A stretch of 64,000 nucleotides of DNA from an uncultured Bacteroidales bacterium (GTDB taxonomy: Bacteria; Bacteroidota; Bacteroidia; Bacteroidales; VadinHA17), in assembly GCA_963700275.1 (NCBI GenBank), contig CAVOWZ010000011.1:452144-516143 (forward strand), in the 5' to 3' direction. Positions 29,330 to 39,907 of the stretch are shown piece after piece. The number at the start of each line of letters is the position of its first letter. Position 1 is the first letter of the stretch. The notes beneath the pieces are model-generated. The model was not told the origin of the DNA, did not search any database, and was given only the letters and a program-made list of their open reading frames with translations. A program made the position numbers and the translations under genes.

Positions 29330-30271
29330 TCAATAAAGCCAGCGGCTGACCTGGCCGGCAAAGACAAAGATAAAACGGAAAACAAAGCTGCCCATCAGAA
29401 CAAGTATTCCGGGTAATGCCGCAGGAATATGTCTTCCACGCAATTCCATCAGATCAAGCACACCGGGAATAATTATCCCGAGCATGACCACAAATATCCA
29501 GAAAACCATTGTGTAGGGTCCTCCCAGAAAGAGTTGTGCCGCTTCAATCTGAACCTGTGTGCTTGCCATGAATCCCATGAACATGTGCACGATGAGGAAG
29601 AGTTCCGTACCAAGAATTATAAGATCGATCTTTGTGAACAGGAGTCTTTCCTTCTTGTCCTTTGATGCCAACACAATTGCTGCAGCTCCTGCAGAAAGTC
29701 CTGAAGCAAGAAAAAGAGGGCCGAGTACAGAAGTGTTCCATAGCGGTCTGGCATTGAATGCAGAAAGCAATATCCCGGTATAAACACCGGTTATTATGGC
29801 AAATATCAGCATCACCCAGGCAAGCTGTTTCTTGTACCTGTTGAAGAACATCTCAAGATCCTTAAGCCATTTATATTTCCAGTCCCAGTTTGGGAAAAAC
29901 TCTCTGATGTGAAGGGCGCACCACACGAAAGCTGAAACAGTAACAACGAGCAGGGTCCATGCTCCCCACGACATTGGTGATTCAATCCTGATTGTAGTAT
30001 AAAGCTGCCAGAAATATGCTTTGTGATTCAGGTCGATCAAAAGGCATGTCAGCCCTATGATCAATGCAAAAGGTGCTATGAAAGGTGCTTTTCGGACGGC
30101 AGTACGGTATTCCTCCTCTTTTCCCAGAAGGTAGTAAAGGGCAGCGAAAAAGAGGACCCCTGCTGCCAGTCCCCCCAGGAATAGATAAAGGGATATAGGC
30201 CAGTGCCAGATATGTAACTGTGGATCGACCAACATGTTCTCCCTTCCGCTGATAATAAGTTCTTCTTTCAT
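29330..30271 (-). CDS. NrfD/PsrC-type membrane anchor subunit of a molybdopterin oxidoreductase
   Basis: 313-aa ORF with about 8 TM helices. It lies directly downstream of the Fe-S subunit. Confidence 0.8.
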   Translation of the reverse strand: MKEELIISGRENMLVDPQLHIWHWPISLYLFLGGLAAGVLFFAALYYLLGKEEEYRTAVRKAPFIAPFALIIGLTCLLIDLNHKAYFWQLYTTIRIESPMSWGAWTLLVVTVSAFVWCALHIREFFPNWDWKYKWLKDLEMFFNRYKKQLAWVMLIFAIITGVYTGILLSAFNARPLWNTSVLGPLFLASGLSAGAAAIVLASKDKKERLLFTKIDLIILGTELFLIVHMFMGFMASTQVQIEAAQLFLGGPYTMVFWIFVVMLGIIIPGVLDLMELRGRHIPAALPGILVLMGSFVFRFIFVFAGQVSRWLY

Positions 30272-30277
30272 TTTTTC

Positions 30278-30811
30278 TCAGATTAGGAAGTACAATTGTG
30301 GTAAGGTTCCGGCTTCAGGGATGAGGGTTTTGTGCTTGCGTCTTTTCAGCACCATGCTTACATCGCTGTTCGGATCGTCAAGATCGCCGAAATACATGCA
30401 TTTTGTCGGGCATACTGCTACGCATGACGGTTTCATCCCCTGCTTGATACGGTGAAAGCAGAAGGTGCATTTATCCACATATCCTTTCGGATGAGGGAAA
30501 CGGGCATCATAGGGACAGGAGGCAATGCAGGCGCCACAGCCGATGCATTTGTTGGGTTTGACCATTACGATCCCTCCCTCAACTATATGACTTGCTCCCG
30601 TCGGGCAGCATCTGACACAGGGTGCATTTTCACAGTGATTGCAACGTTCTGATCTGAGCTCGACCTCGAGCTGAGGATAAGTGCCGTCGATCACTTCCAC
30701 AACCCAGTCGCGGCAGAATCCTATAGGTACAGTGTTTTCTGTCTGGCATGCCACAACGCAATCGCTGCAACCCACACATTTTTTCGTATCAACAGCCATT
30801 GCGTATCTCAT
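30278..30811 (-). CDS. 4Fe-4S ferredoxin-type subunit (PsrB/PhsB/TtrB-like)
   Basis: 177-aa ORF with four Cys clusters (CVGCSDCVVAC, CNHCENAPC, CIGCGACIASC, CTFC...C). It overlaps the catalytic subunit gene by 4 nt. Confidence 0.88.
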   Translation of the reverse strand: MRYAMAVDTKKCVGCSDCVVACQTENTVPIGFCRDWVVEVIDGTYPQLEVELRSERCNHCENAPCVRCCPTGASHIVEGGIVMVKPNKCIGCGACIASCPYDARFPHPKGYVDKCTFCFHRIKQGMKPSCVAVCPTKCMYFGDLDDPNSDVSMVLKRRKHKTLIPEAGTLPQLYFLI

Positions 30812-33045
30812 GATTTCACCTCCCCTGAGTTAAGGTCAGTAATGAATGTGACAAAATTTCCCCTCATGCCTGTACCACCCATGATCGGGTCCACCAATAC
30901 TTTGGTTATGAGGTTGGTGTCACTGGCACCCTTACCGTAACATCGTCTTAGTTTTTTCTGGTCGTGGCCAAAACCATGAACCATGTAAACGGAATCCCAG
31001 CGGATACGCTCCGTCACTCTTACCTTTATCGGGAATTCTGACCGTTTGCCGTCCTGATTCTCCAGGTGAATATACTGACCGGTTGTTAATCCCCATTCTT
31101 TTGCAACTCTCGGGTTTATCCATATACTATTCTCATCCATCAGGTCGGTCAGATTGGGATTATTGGATGTACGGCTGAAAGTATGCATCGGAGCACGCCC
31201 GTAATTGAGCCGGTAGTAACCTTCCGGCGGCTCTTCATGAGGGGTATATTTTGGCATCGGGTCAAAGCCTGCTTCTTCAATGGCCAGAGAGTAAAGCTCT
31301 ATTTTACCACTTGGAGTATAAAACTCGACATTTTCATCGGGAGTAAAATAAAGGTCTTCATAAGGCCGGTCAAAGGTTTTTACACCGATCTTCCTCATCT
31401 CTTCGAGGCTGCTGCCCACCTGCTTAAGCTGCCAGTCGATCTGGTCCTCAATATTTTCAAAAGGGAAATAATCAATTACACCCAATCTCCTGGCAAGCTC
31501 TCTCGCCATCCAGTATGCAGGTTTTGTGTTGTGGGACGGTTCTGCTGCGGGTTCCCTGAGGGCTATTTGCGGTTTGCGGTGGGGCCCTACTCTTAGTTCA
31601 TCATATCTCTCGAGGTATGTGCATTCTGGAAGGACCACATCCGCCCATCCGGTTATCTCCATCGGCATGGTGTCTATAACTACAAGCAGCTTAAGAGCCT
31701 GTATTGCTTTGAGGGTATTTTCCTGATTAGGCAGTGTCTCAATAAGGTTTGTACCGTTTACGATCCATCCCTGGAACTGGCAGTGCCGGCTGGGGTCAGG
31801 AACTGTGGCATCGCACACGCCGTTAGCAAGAACGGTATCAGCCAGCTTGTACATGTCGGGGAATTCTGTCCTCCACGATCTTTTCGGAGTTGGGAAAGGA
31901 GGGTGGACAGGTTCCGGAAGTTCGTAAATCTCAGGCCGGTAAAATCCGCCCCGGCGGCCCCATGAGCCAAGCAGGGCATTTAGGATGGCAATTGCCCTCA
32001 TTCGCTGGGTATCATCACCGTACCATGTCACATGACGCCCGGGATGAACAATTACAGCGGGAGCGGCATCAGCCATCTCACGTGCAGTCTGACGAATGAT
32101 TGTGGGATCGATTGTTGTGATACCATAGGCCCATTCGGGTGTCATAGTCTTCACATGATCCCTGAGGTATTCAAGGCCGTAAGTATATTTTTCAACATAA
32201 GGTTTATCGTAAAGTTCTTCAGTAATAATAACATTTATCCATGCCAGCAGTAATGCCAGGTCGGTGGCAGGCTTAATCGGCAGCCAGTATTTTGATTTAC
32301 CGGCAGCGGTTGAGTACCGGGGATCAACAGTAATGATTGTGGCTCCTTTATCGATGGCATCTGACATCTCCTGTACCTGGCCGTTGTGCATGTTTTCGCC
32401 AATATGACTGCCTATCAGGACCAGACATTTTGTATCGCGTATATCGGTACGTTCAGGGCTCTCGATCGCTTCACCAAATGTTGTCTGGAATGCCACTTCG
32501 CGTGGACCGCGGCACTGTGCATAAGACGGGGCCGCAATGTGCGGTGAGCCAAGGGCACGAAGAAGGGTTGAAAAATACTTTCCTCCCGATCCGTGAGTAA
32601 ACAGGGCAAGACATTCCGGACCATGTTCAGCCGTTATGACCTTTATTTTTTCGGCGATATAATCGAAAGCTTCATCCCAGGTAGCCTCCCGGAAACTCTG
32701 TTTACCGCGCTCCTCAGTCCTGATGAGGGGTGTGCGCAGGCGGTCCTCATCATAATACATCCCTACCCCTCCGGTACCGCGTGGGCAGAAACGACCATTG
32801 CAGTTGAGATCTTCATTGTTTCCGATAATCTTTTTAATAGCTCCTTTCTCATCCTTATAGACCCACCCGGCGCATTTCCAGAAACAGATCTCACAGTATG
32901 TCGGGGTACGACCCGTCAATACAGCTTCTACTGTCTTCTGTACTGCATTGCGTTCATTACCAAGCAGCTTCATGCCTGCCGCTCCGGCCATGACAGCTCC
33001 CGCACCTATTGTTGTGATCCTGATGAATTGCCTGCGTGTTGCCAT
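30808..33045 (-). CDS. TAT-exported molybdopterin oxidoreductase catalytic subunit (polysulfide/thiosulfate/tetrathionate-reductase-like)
   Basis: 745-aa ORF with a twin-arginine signal (MATRRQFIRITTIGAGAVMAGAAG). It has an N-terminal Fe-S Cys cluster (CEICFWKCAGWVY...CPRG) and a probable Mo-ligand Cys (SYAQCRGP). The frame is uninterrupted with no in-frame TGA. Confidence 0.85.
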   Translation of the reverse strand: MATRRQFIRITTIGAGAVMAGAAGMKLLGNERNAVQKTVEAVLTGRTPTYCEICFWKCAGWVYKDEKGAIKKIIGNNEDLNCNGRFCPRGTGGVGMYYDEDRLRTPLIRTEERGKQSFREATWDEAFDYIAEKIKVITAEHGPECLALFTHGSGGKYFSTLLRALGSPHIAAPSYAQCRGPREVAFQTTFGEAIESPERTDIRDTKCLVLIGSHIGENMHNGQVQEMSDAIDKGATIITVDPRYSTAAGKSKYWLPIKPATDLALLLAWINVIITEELYDKPYVEKYTYGLEYLRDHVKTMTPEWAYGITTIDPTIIRQTAREMADAAPAVIVHPGRHVTWYGDDTQRMRAIAILNALLGSWGRRGGFYRPEIYELPEPVHPPFPTPKRSWRTEFPDMYKLADTVLANGVCDATVPDPSRHCQFQGWIVNGTNLIETLPNQENTLKAIQALKLLVVIDTMPMEITGWADVVLPECTYLERYDELRVGPHRKPQIALREPAAEPSHNTKPAYWMARELARRLGVIDYFPFENIEDQIDWQLKQVGSSLEEMRKIGVKTFDRPYEDLYFTPDENVEFYTPSGKIELYSLAIEEAGFDPMPKYTPHEEPPEGYYRLNYGRAPMHTFSRTSNNPNLTDLMDENSIWINPRVAKEWGLTTGQYIHLENQDGKRSEFPIKVRVTERIRWDSVYMVHGFGHDQKKLRRCYGKGASDTNLITKVLVDPIMGGTGMRGNFVTFITDLNSGEVKS

Positions 33046-33063
33046 CTGTAAAAATTAATTGTA

Positions 33064-33945
33064 TCAGTCTGATTCATGAACATAATCTTCCGGTTCAATA
33101 TGCACGGTGGCAATTATTCCGAAAAGCTCAAATACTTTATTTTCTATGTCGGTGGCTATTTTATGGCCCGACATGATAGTAATACTGTTTTCAAGTTTGA
33201 TATGAAAGGTCAGTTCCTGGTGTGAAACATAATTATGTATGTGAAAATGATGAGGCTGTATGCTTCCGTTGTATTCTTTCCCAAGGAGAGACGTAATTTT
33301 ACTGATCAATTCAGGACTTGGCTTTTCTCCAAGTAATTTACCTATAGCCTCTTTGGCAATCCTGAAAGTGGCATAGACGAGCATAACGGAAATAATTGCC
33401 CCCAAAACACTGTCGATCCACCAGAACTGACTGGCAAAAAGGATACCGATAAGTACCACTACAGAAGAGAGAGCATCGCTCCTGTGGTGCCAGCCATCGG
33501 CTTTTACGCTGACATTATCTGTAATACGGCCGATATAAAATGCATATTGTGCAAGGGCTTCCTTAACAACTATTGAGATGATTGTTACTACTATTGCCAG
33601 GGTCCCGAATTTAGTGGATTCCCTTCCGGTAAATTTGATGATGGAATCTTTCATGAATCCCCAGGCTATTACAGCAAGAATAAAAGCTATTATAAGGGCA
33701 GTAATCTGTTCCCATCTTCCGTGACCGAAAGGATGTTCCCTGTCAGGTTTTTTAGATGAAAGTTTAACGCCGATAATTACAACAACTGAACTGACGGAGT
33801 CGGAAAGAGTATGCCATGCATCGGCCGTCAGGGCAATAGAGCCGGTCACGATACCCGCCCATGATTTAAGCGCAAATAATATTGTATTTATTATTACTGA
33901 TACAACACCCTCTATATAACCTGCTTTTGCCTTGTCCATCATCAA
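33064..33945 (-). CDS. Cation diffusion facilitator (CDF) family metal efflux transporter
   Basis: 293-aa ORF with six TM helices, HTLSD and HHRSD metal-site motifs and a C-terminal cytoplasmic domain. Confidence 0.85.
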   Translation of the reverse strand: MMMDKAKAGYIEGVVSVIINTILFALKSWAGIVTGSIALTADAWHTLSDSVSSVVVIIGVKLSSKKPDREHPFGHGRWEQITALIIAFILAVIAWGFMKDSIIKFTGRESTKFGTLAIVVTIISIVVKEALAQYAFYIGRITDNVSVKADGWHHRSDALSSVVVLIGILFASQFWWIDSVLGAIISVMLVYATFRIAKEAIGKLLGEKPSPELISKITSLLGKEYNGSIQPHHFHIHNYVSHQELTFHIKLENSITIMSGHKIATDIENKVFELFGIIATVHIEPEDYVHESD

Positions 33946-34195
33946 TAATATTCAAACTATTATCCCCATTCTTTTCAACATATCAGAAAATAGTACAGTA
34001 AGCGGGGGATGAATAAAACCCCAAAATTAAAAAGAATTTGAACACTCCGGATATATTGATGGATTCATTTTGACGGGGTTTGATGATAATAACAACGTAA
34101 TTCAGATTGCGTAATTAGCAATGCGGTCTGATCCGATTTTTTATCTTTGATGAAATAAACAAGAATTAATAGTTCGATAATTCCTGAAAAAAAAG

Positions 34196-35305
34196 ATGAA
34201 ATTAATGATCAGTTTACCGTTTATTTACCTGTATGTGGGTGTTATGCTTTGCGCTTCATGTGCAAACAGTAATTCCGGTTACGGACCCGATATTTATGTG
34301 CCGGATACCACATTTAAAATTGTCGGATATCTTTCGACAGGGAATTTTGACCAGATTGATTTACTTGAGCTTGACAAGCTGACTTACCTTAATCTGGCAT
34401 TTGCCAACCCTGATGCAGAAGGGAATCTTGTCGCCGACAGGAATGCTGATATCAAACCGGTAGTTAAAAGGGGGCATGATCTGAACCTTAAGGTATTCAT
34501 ATCACTGGCAGGAGGGGGGAAACCCGATACTGTTATCTGGAAATCATTGTTACTACCTGAAAAAAGGTCAGCATTTATTAAAAAGATCCTTAATTATACA
34601 GAAGTGAATAACCTCGACGGTGTTGATGTCGATATTGAATGGAATCTTTTACCTTATCTGGGGGATACCTATAATCCGTTCGTACTTGAGCTGAGGGAAG
34701 CGCTTCATTCCAGGGGTAAAGGGATAACGTCAGCCCTCGGAGCCACAGATCTGCATAAAGCTGTTGGGCAGGAAGCCCTGGAAGCATATGATTTTATAAA
34801 TGTGATGGTTTATGATAAAACCGGAATATGGCGGCCGGATGATATTGGTCCTCATTCACCTTATTCTTACGCAGAAGAAGCAATCAGGTTCTGGACGGAA
34901 GAAAGGAAGATCCCGGCTGACCGGATAACATTGGGTGTACCGTTTTATGGATTTGACTTCACACCTCCGGCAAGGTATATTTCTTATAAATCAATAATAG
35001 AGGAAAACACCTTATTTGCTTATCAGGATTCAGTTGGCAGTAAGTATTATTATAATGGTATCCCCACAATTGTAAAGAAGACACAACTGGCAAAAAACAA
35101 GCTCGGCGGAATTATGATCTGGGAAATTGCATCAGATGCAGAAGGTGATCTTTCGTTGCTTGATGCCATTAATCAGACACTCAAAGCCGGAGATTGCCAG
35201 GTGATCACATTTTACAGGGATGAGGACGGTGACGGATACGGGGATGTGGCCAGGCCATTCCAGGCATGCAGTGCACCGCAGGGCTATGTCACAACCCTGC
35301 CTTAA
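34196..35305 (+). CDS. Glycoside hydrolase family 18 (chitinase-like) lipoprotein
   Basis: 369-aa ORF with the GH18 catalytic motif DGVDVDIEW, a signal sequence ending in Cys and a C-terminal DGDGYGD metal-binding-like motif. Confidence 0.8.
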   Translation: MKLMISLPFIYLYVGVMLCASCANSNSGYGPDIYVPDTTFKIVGYLSTGNFDQIDLLELDKLTYLNLAFANPDAEGNLVADRNADIKPVVKRGHDLNLKVFISLAGGGKPDTVIWKSLLLPEKRSAFIKKILNYTEVNNLDGVDVDIEWNLLPYLGDTYNPFVLELREALHSRGKGITSALGATDLHKAVGQEALEAYDFINVMVYDKTGIWRPDDIGPHSPYSYAEEAIRFWTEERKIPADRITLGVPFYGFDFTPPARYISYKSIIEENTLFAYQDSVGSKYYYNGIPTIVKKTQLAKNKLGGIMIWEIASDAEGDLSLLDAINQTLKAGDCQVITFYRDEDGDGYGDVARPFQACSAPQGYVTTLP

Positions 35306-35321
35306 GCATTTATTTTTAAAT

Positions 35322-36806
35322 TTACACTGACAGTACTTCAGTTGCGGATTTTCTGCCGATAGCGTCCACTGCGATAATTTTAAATTTTTTACCCGACGGG
35401 ACCTGGAAAGTGAAAGGATCTTTGGAAACCTGGGGAATATGTTTGACTGATCCGATAATTTTGCCTTCGCTTTCTATTTCATAATATGAAACCGGTTCAT
35501 TCCCTGCATAGCTGGTATTCCAGGATAATCTTATTCCATCAGATCTGGTTAGTTTTGCATTTCCTGGAGGAGTCAGACCTTTGTCAGGAAGCTGAAAATA
35601 ATTTGTTTCACCATTATGTGCACGTGCACCTATATTTTCAAGTTCACGTCTTTCATTTTCACTCAATGCATCTGGTGCAATCTGTGCAGCATAATAATTC
35701 TGTACAAGCTGACATTTCAAAGGATTATCATCTATCAGGCCGGTACCTATTATCAGAGTATGTACTCCTGGAGTTGTAAGTACATATTCGATTAGAGGCT
35801 TGCTTGGGACCGATTCGGTTCCTATAATTCTGACAACATGTTCCGGTTTGTTTGACCATGTTGGTTCTTTTGTATACATTGCCCCGTCAGAAAAGACTTT
35901 CATCCCTATAATCCCTATATTCTTTGCTTGTGCCACAGGTATCACATTGTATTGCATATTAAGGTAACGCCTGTCATTAACATTTATGGCAACCAGCATG
36001 CCTTCAAGCAGGTCCCATTTGTCGCGCTGTATCATATCGATCATTACAGGTGCACTGTAATGTCCTGAAAATCCCAGATGCCTGACCAGTTTTTCATTTT
36101 TAGGATTCAGTCCGGTAATGTTAGTCCCGTCCCTGTAGTCGCGAAGAGCAACCAGTGCACCAAAATTATCATTTACATCAAGTGGTGTTTCAAGACCTTT
36201 AAATACCACATCTACCTCTTCAGGATTGGTAATATTATGTATAAGTATCATGTTGACGTATGCACCATCGGGGTATGTCCCGTCATCGTTTCCAAACATC
36301 TGGGAAAGCGAGCGTTTCAGATCAGCCACTGCACCCTCTCCGTGATTCCCGTCAGTGCTGTTCCTGACGTTGTCCAGCTTTGGATAACCTCCTTTAGCCC
36401 AGCGAACCATTGTTTTTGTGGTGAGAAAAATGCTGTCTCTCAGTTCATTATTGTAACCTTTCTGTCCCGGGATGAGATTAAGTTTCCTGAAGGCTTTTCC
36501 ATAATTCATCTGGCTCGGACCGTATGCGTTTGAGGTGTCATAATAATTAATTCCGAGATCAAACGCTTTTAAAATGATATCAGAAGGCTCAATCCCGTCA
36601 GGTGTCCACTGAAGGGAACTTTGTCCACCGAGGCCGATTGTTGTGACATCAAAATTGATCCTTCCTAAACGCCGTTTCAAAGGCGAAGGGATCGAAGTTG
36701 AAGAACAGGAAAGGGCAGGCATCAATGAAACACCGGCAGCAGCTACTGCTGATAGTCTCATAAATTCGCGTCGCGAAAGTCTTAATTTATTTTTCCCTGG
36801 AGTCAT
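35322..36806 (-). CDS. TAT-exported aldo/keto reductase with C-terminal FN3-like domain
   Basis: 494-aa ORF with the signal SRREFMRLSAVAAAGVSLMPALSCS, an AKR N-terminal pattern (TIGLGGQSSL...INYYDTSNAYG) and a beta-rich C-terminus. Confidence 0.7.
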   Translation of the reverse strand: MTPGKNKLRLSRREFMRLSAVAAAGVSLMPALSCSSTSIPSPLKRRLGRINFDVTTIGLGGQSSLQWTPDGIEPSDIILKAFDLGINYYDTSNAYGPSQMNYGKAFRKLNLIPGQKGYNNELRDSIFLTTKTMVRWAKGGYPKLDNVRNSTDGNHGEGAVADLKRSLSQMFGNDDGTYPDGAYVNMILIHNITNPEEVDVVFKGLETPLDVNDNFGALVALRDYRDGTNITGLNPKNEKLVRHLGFSGHYSAPVMIDMIQRDKWDLLEGMLVAINVNDRRYLNMQYNVIPVAQAKNIGIIGMKVFSDGAMYTKEPTWSNKPEHVVRIIGTESVPSKPLIEYVLTTPGVHTLIIGTGLIDDNPLKCQLVQNYYAAQIAPDALSENERRELENIGARAHNGETNYFQLPDKGLTPPGNAKLTRSDGIRLSWNTSYAGNEPVSYYEIESEGKIIGSVKHIPQVSKDPFTFQVPSGKKFKIIAVDAIGRKSATEVLSV

Positions 36807-36938
36807 CTCGGTTAAATTTATATATGTTTAAGAATTGAAAACAAATATAAGAAAACCAATTAAATGTGGGTGGAATTTTATGATTATCTGTAACCACAAA
36901 ACGGCCACAATAATGATATTAAAGACAGGAGGAAGGAT

Positions 36939-38021
36939 TTATAAGCGGTCAGAATGAAAAGAGTTCTGCTTTTCTCCGGGAAAGTACAATGTTTTAAACC
37001 TCAGGGCAACATTTACAAGCAATATGAGAACAGGTACCTCAACCAACGGTCCTATCACTGTTGCAAATGCCGCCTGTGAATTAATTCCAAATACGGCGAC
37101 TGCCACAGCAATTGCCAGTTCAAAATCATTACTTCCTGCTGTGAAAGCCATTGTTGTCGACTTTTCGTAACCGCTCCCCATCCATTTAGCAATGAAGAAT
37201 GTGGAGAAGAACATAACAGCAAAATAAATTGTGTAGGGAACAGCAACCCTGAGGACATCCAGTGGTAACTTAATGATGTTTTCACCTTTAAGCGAGAACA
37301 TTACAAAGATTGTAAAAAGCAGGGCAATTGGGGTAAGCCATGATATTTTTGGGATGAACTTGCCATAATACCATTCATCACTTTTAGCTCTTCTTAAAAC
37401 AGTGTTGGTTATTAATCCTGCAAAGAAAGGTATCCCGAGGTAGATCAGAACTGTAACTGCAATTTCTGATATTGATACTTCAACTATAGAACCGCTTAAG
37501 CCGAACAGGGGTGGAAGTATTGTTATAAAAATATATGCATATACCGAGTAGAGAAATACCTGGAACAAGGCATTAAAAGCAACCAGGCCGGCAGCCAGTT
37601 CCGTGTCACCTTTTGCCAGATCGTTCCATACAAGTACCATGGCAATACACCGGGCAAGTCCGACAAGTATGACTCCGACCATTAATCCGGGATGATTGTG
37701 AAGGAACAGAATTGCAAGAAGGAACATTACGATTGGTCCGATGATCCAGTTCATCGTCAACGATAAACCCAGCAATTTGAGGTTTTTAAATACAAGCGGA
37801 AGCTTTTCATACTTCACTTTTGCCAGCGGTGGATACATCATTAGAATAAGACCAATGGCTATCGGAATATTTGTAGTGCCGGAGCTTAATGAATTCCAGA
37901 AACCAGAAATTCCTGGGATGAAATAGCCAATAATCACACCTGCAAACATTACAAGGAATATCCACAGGGTAAGATACCTGTCGAAGAAAGATAGTTGCTT
38001 TGTTGTGCCCATGGAAGTCAA
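36939..38021 (-). CDS. acr3: ACR3-family arsenite efflux transporter
   Basis: 360-aa polytopic ORF beginning [13 protein letters not shown] and containing the conserved ARCIAMV Cys region. It sits in an ars gene context. Confidence 0.88.
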   Translation of the reverse strand: MTSMGTTKQLSFFDRYLTLWIFLVMFAGVIIGYFIPGISGFWNSLSSGTTNIPIAIGLILMMYPPLAKVKYEKLPLVFKNLKLLGLSLTMNWIIGPIVMFLLAILFLHNHPGLMVGVILVGLARCIAMVLVWNDLAKGDTELAAGLVAFNALFQVFLYSVYAYIFITILPPLFGLSGSIVEVSISEIAVTVLIYLGIPFFAGLITNTVLRRAKSDEWYYGKFIPKISWLTPIALLFTIFVMFSLKGENIIKLPLDVLRVAVPYTIYFAVMFFSTFFIAKWMGSGYEKSTTMAFTAGSNDFELAIAVAVAVFGINSQAAFATVIGPLVEVPVLILLVNVALRFKTLYFPGEKQNSFHSDRL

Positions 38022-38029
38022 TTTTCAAA

Positions 38030-38836
38030 TTAATTAGGTTTTTCAGCAGTTACCGTTATGCTGTAAATACCTTTTTCACCAGGATGAAGTGTATTTAACC
38101 CAAAATCATCATAATATTCTGATAGTATTGATTCCGGTAAGGCTATTTCCTTTTGTTTGTGCACTGTAAGATTTCTGAATCCGGAATTTTCAATAATTGT
38201 CAGGTATTCTGATATTTCGCTTGCCCCTGATACGCATCCCACATACATCTCGGCATTTTTCTGAAGTTTTTCGGGCAGGTTACCTTTTACTACAACATCT
38301 GAAACACAGAAATGAGCACCTGGTTTTAATACTCTAAAAATCTCCTTGAATGCTTTAGATTTATCTGGTACCAGGTTGAGTACACAATTAGAGATAACAA
38401 CGTCAAATAATTTATCTTCAAACGGCATTGCCTCAATATCTCCCAATACAAATTCAACGTTGCTGAAATTCAGCTTTGTGCAGTTTTCCCTGGCTTTCGA
38501 TACCATCTGTTCCGTCAGATCGAGACCCGTGACCTTTCCGGTTTCACCAACTATTGCCCGTGCTACAAAGCAATCATTTCCGGCACCGCTTCCAAGATCA
38601 AGAACGTGGTCTCCTTGTTTTATACCGGCATAGTCGGTTGGAATTCCACAACCAAGATTCAGATCTGCGTCAGGGTTGTAACCTTCCCTGTTTTCATAAC
38701 TATCACTGAATGCTGTATAAACAGGCCCGTAACCACAGCAGGACGTGCTGCCACAGCAACTCCCTGACTTGTCCGGCTGGTCTGCGATTTGTCCGTATTT
38801 CTCTTTTACTATTTCCTTCAGATTTTCTGGTTCCAT
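38030..38836 (-). CDS. arsM: Arsenite S-adenosylmethionine methyltransferase (ArsM)
   Basis: 268-aa ORF with an N-terminal Cys cluster (SCCGSTSCCG), the SAM motif VLDLGSGAG and downstream conserved Cys residues (GAHFCVSDV, VGCVSGA). Confidence 0.85.
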   Translation of the reverse strand: MEPENLKEIVKEKYGQIADQPDKSGSCCGSTSCCGYGPVYTAFSDSYENREGYNPDADLNLGCGIPTDYAGIKQGDHVLDLGSGAGNDCFVARAIVGETGKVTGLDLTEQMVSKARENCTKLNFSNVEFVLGDIEAMPFEDKLFDVVISNCVLNLVPDKSKAFKEIFRVLKPGAHFCVSDVVVKGNLPEKLQKNAEMYVGCVSGASEISEYLTIIENSGFRNLTVHKQKEIALPESILSEYYDDFGLNTLHPGEKGIYSITVTAEKPN

Positions 38837-38853
38837 ATATTTATTATTATTTG

Positions 38854-39294
38854 TTATTTCATGATTTTATCCAGGATAGCTACAGCATCCGATACATATT
38901 TTTCACACCTGATTTCATAATAATTCCGTTCAACGATTCTCTTATTGTCATCAGGGTTGTTCATATTTAGCCCATCCAGTAACTCAAGGCAGTTCTCCGA
39001 ACCGTTTAGTCTTTTAAATTCATCAAAAAACTCCTTTGTTAACTGGTATGTATTTCTCTTTTTATCTTCCGGATCATTCAATCCTTTACCATATTTTAAA
39101 CCAAGTACCATCAGAGCACCTGTAATGGCACCACAGATATGTTGCTGACGGCCCATTCCTCCCCCGAAGGCAGTCGCAATTTTAAGACAATCATCCTCAG
39201 ATAATCCATGATCAGGTCCAAAGGTGGCCAGAACCGACTGAGAACAGTTAAATTTATTCCTGAAATATTCTAATGCTTTTGTTGTTTTATCCAT
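38854..39294 (-). CDS. C_GCAxxG_C_C-family putative redox protein
   Basis: 146-aa ORF with FNCSQSV and the signature ICGAITGALMVLG. It overlaps arsC by 8 nt. Confidence 0.75.
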   Translation of the reverse strand: MDKTTKALEYFRNKFNCSQSVLATFGPDHGLSEDDCLKIATAFGGGMGRQQHICGAITGALMVLGLKYGKGLNDPEDKKRNTYQLTKEFFDEFKRLNGSENCLELLDGLNMNNPDDNKRIVERNYYEIRCEKYVSDAVAILDKIMK

Positions 39295-39718
39295 TTATTT
39301 CCGGTTTTATTCTTTCTATATAAAGTTTATAAAAATCATCTTTTATCTTGTCCCTGATCCTTCTGAATTCACTCAGGATATAATCCTCGGTCCCGGTCTT
39401 AAGGGATGGATCTTCATACCCCATATGTAAACGATTTTTCACTTTTCCCGTAAAAATTGGGCAGGTCTCATTTGCATCATCACAGACAGTTATCACAAAA
39501 TCCCATTTGTCATTAATAAAACAGTCAACATTTTTAGGATAGTGATAGCTTATATCAATTCCTGCTTCAGCCATTACTTTTACAGCTGTGGAATTGATCC
39601 CTGAAGCAGGAAATGTCCCTGCAGAATGCACTCCGATATTTTTATCGAAAGATTGCAGAAATCCGTGAGCCATTTGGCTGCGGCAGCTGTTACCGGTACA
39701 AAGAATCAGGATTTTCAT
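39287..39718 (-). CDS. arsC: Arsenate reductase, LMW-PTPase/thioredoxin-coupled type
   Basis: 143-aa ORF with the P-loop CTGNSCRSQMA and downstream Cys residues (VITVCDDANETCP). Confidence 0.88.
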   Translation of the reverse strand: MKILILCTGNSCRSQMAHGFLQSFDKNIGVHSAGTFPASGINSTAVKVMAEAGIDISYHYPKNVDCFINDKWDFVITVCDDANETCPIFTGKVKNRLHMGYEDPSLKTGTEDYILSEFRRIRDKIKDDFYKLYIERIKPEING

Positions 39719-39747
39719 ATGGATATTATTTTGATTTTAATGGTCAT

Positions 39748-39813
39748 ATGGAACCTCCATGTTTGTAAATTTTATTCATGCTTTTTTGTGGTTTTGATAC
39801 ATGGAGGTTTCAT
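39748..39813. repeat. Hairpin repeat family, copy 1 (15-bp arms, 36-nt loop)
   Basis: ATGGAACCTCCATGT (39748-39762) pairs with ACATGGAGGTTTCAT (39799-39813). The architecture matches 46821-46887 and 49817-49882. Confidence 0.75.
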
Positions 39814-39863
39814 GTTTCTTAAAAAATTTTCTTTCATCTGTTTGATGGAACAAATATAAAAAC

Positions 39864-39883
39864 ATTTCGTATATTTGCGAAAT
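39864..39883. promoter_or_regulatory. Candidate ArsR operator (ATTTCG-N8-CGAAAT) in the divergent arsC/arsR region
   Basis: ATTTCGTATATTTGCGAAAT has perfect 6-bp arms. Related palindromes occur at 41711-41730 and 45013-45031. Confidence 0.5.
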
Positions 39884-39907
39884 ATCAAAATAAAAATATT
39901 AATAAAA

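Noticed and set aside
30808-33045. Possible selenocysteine (in-frame TGA) in the molybdopterin oxidoreductase, given SelD nearby
   Set aside because: The ORF is continuous over 745 codons and the putative Mo ligand is a genomically encoded Cys (AQCRGP). No TGA-split gene pair was seen anywhere in the window.
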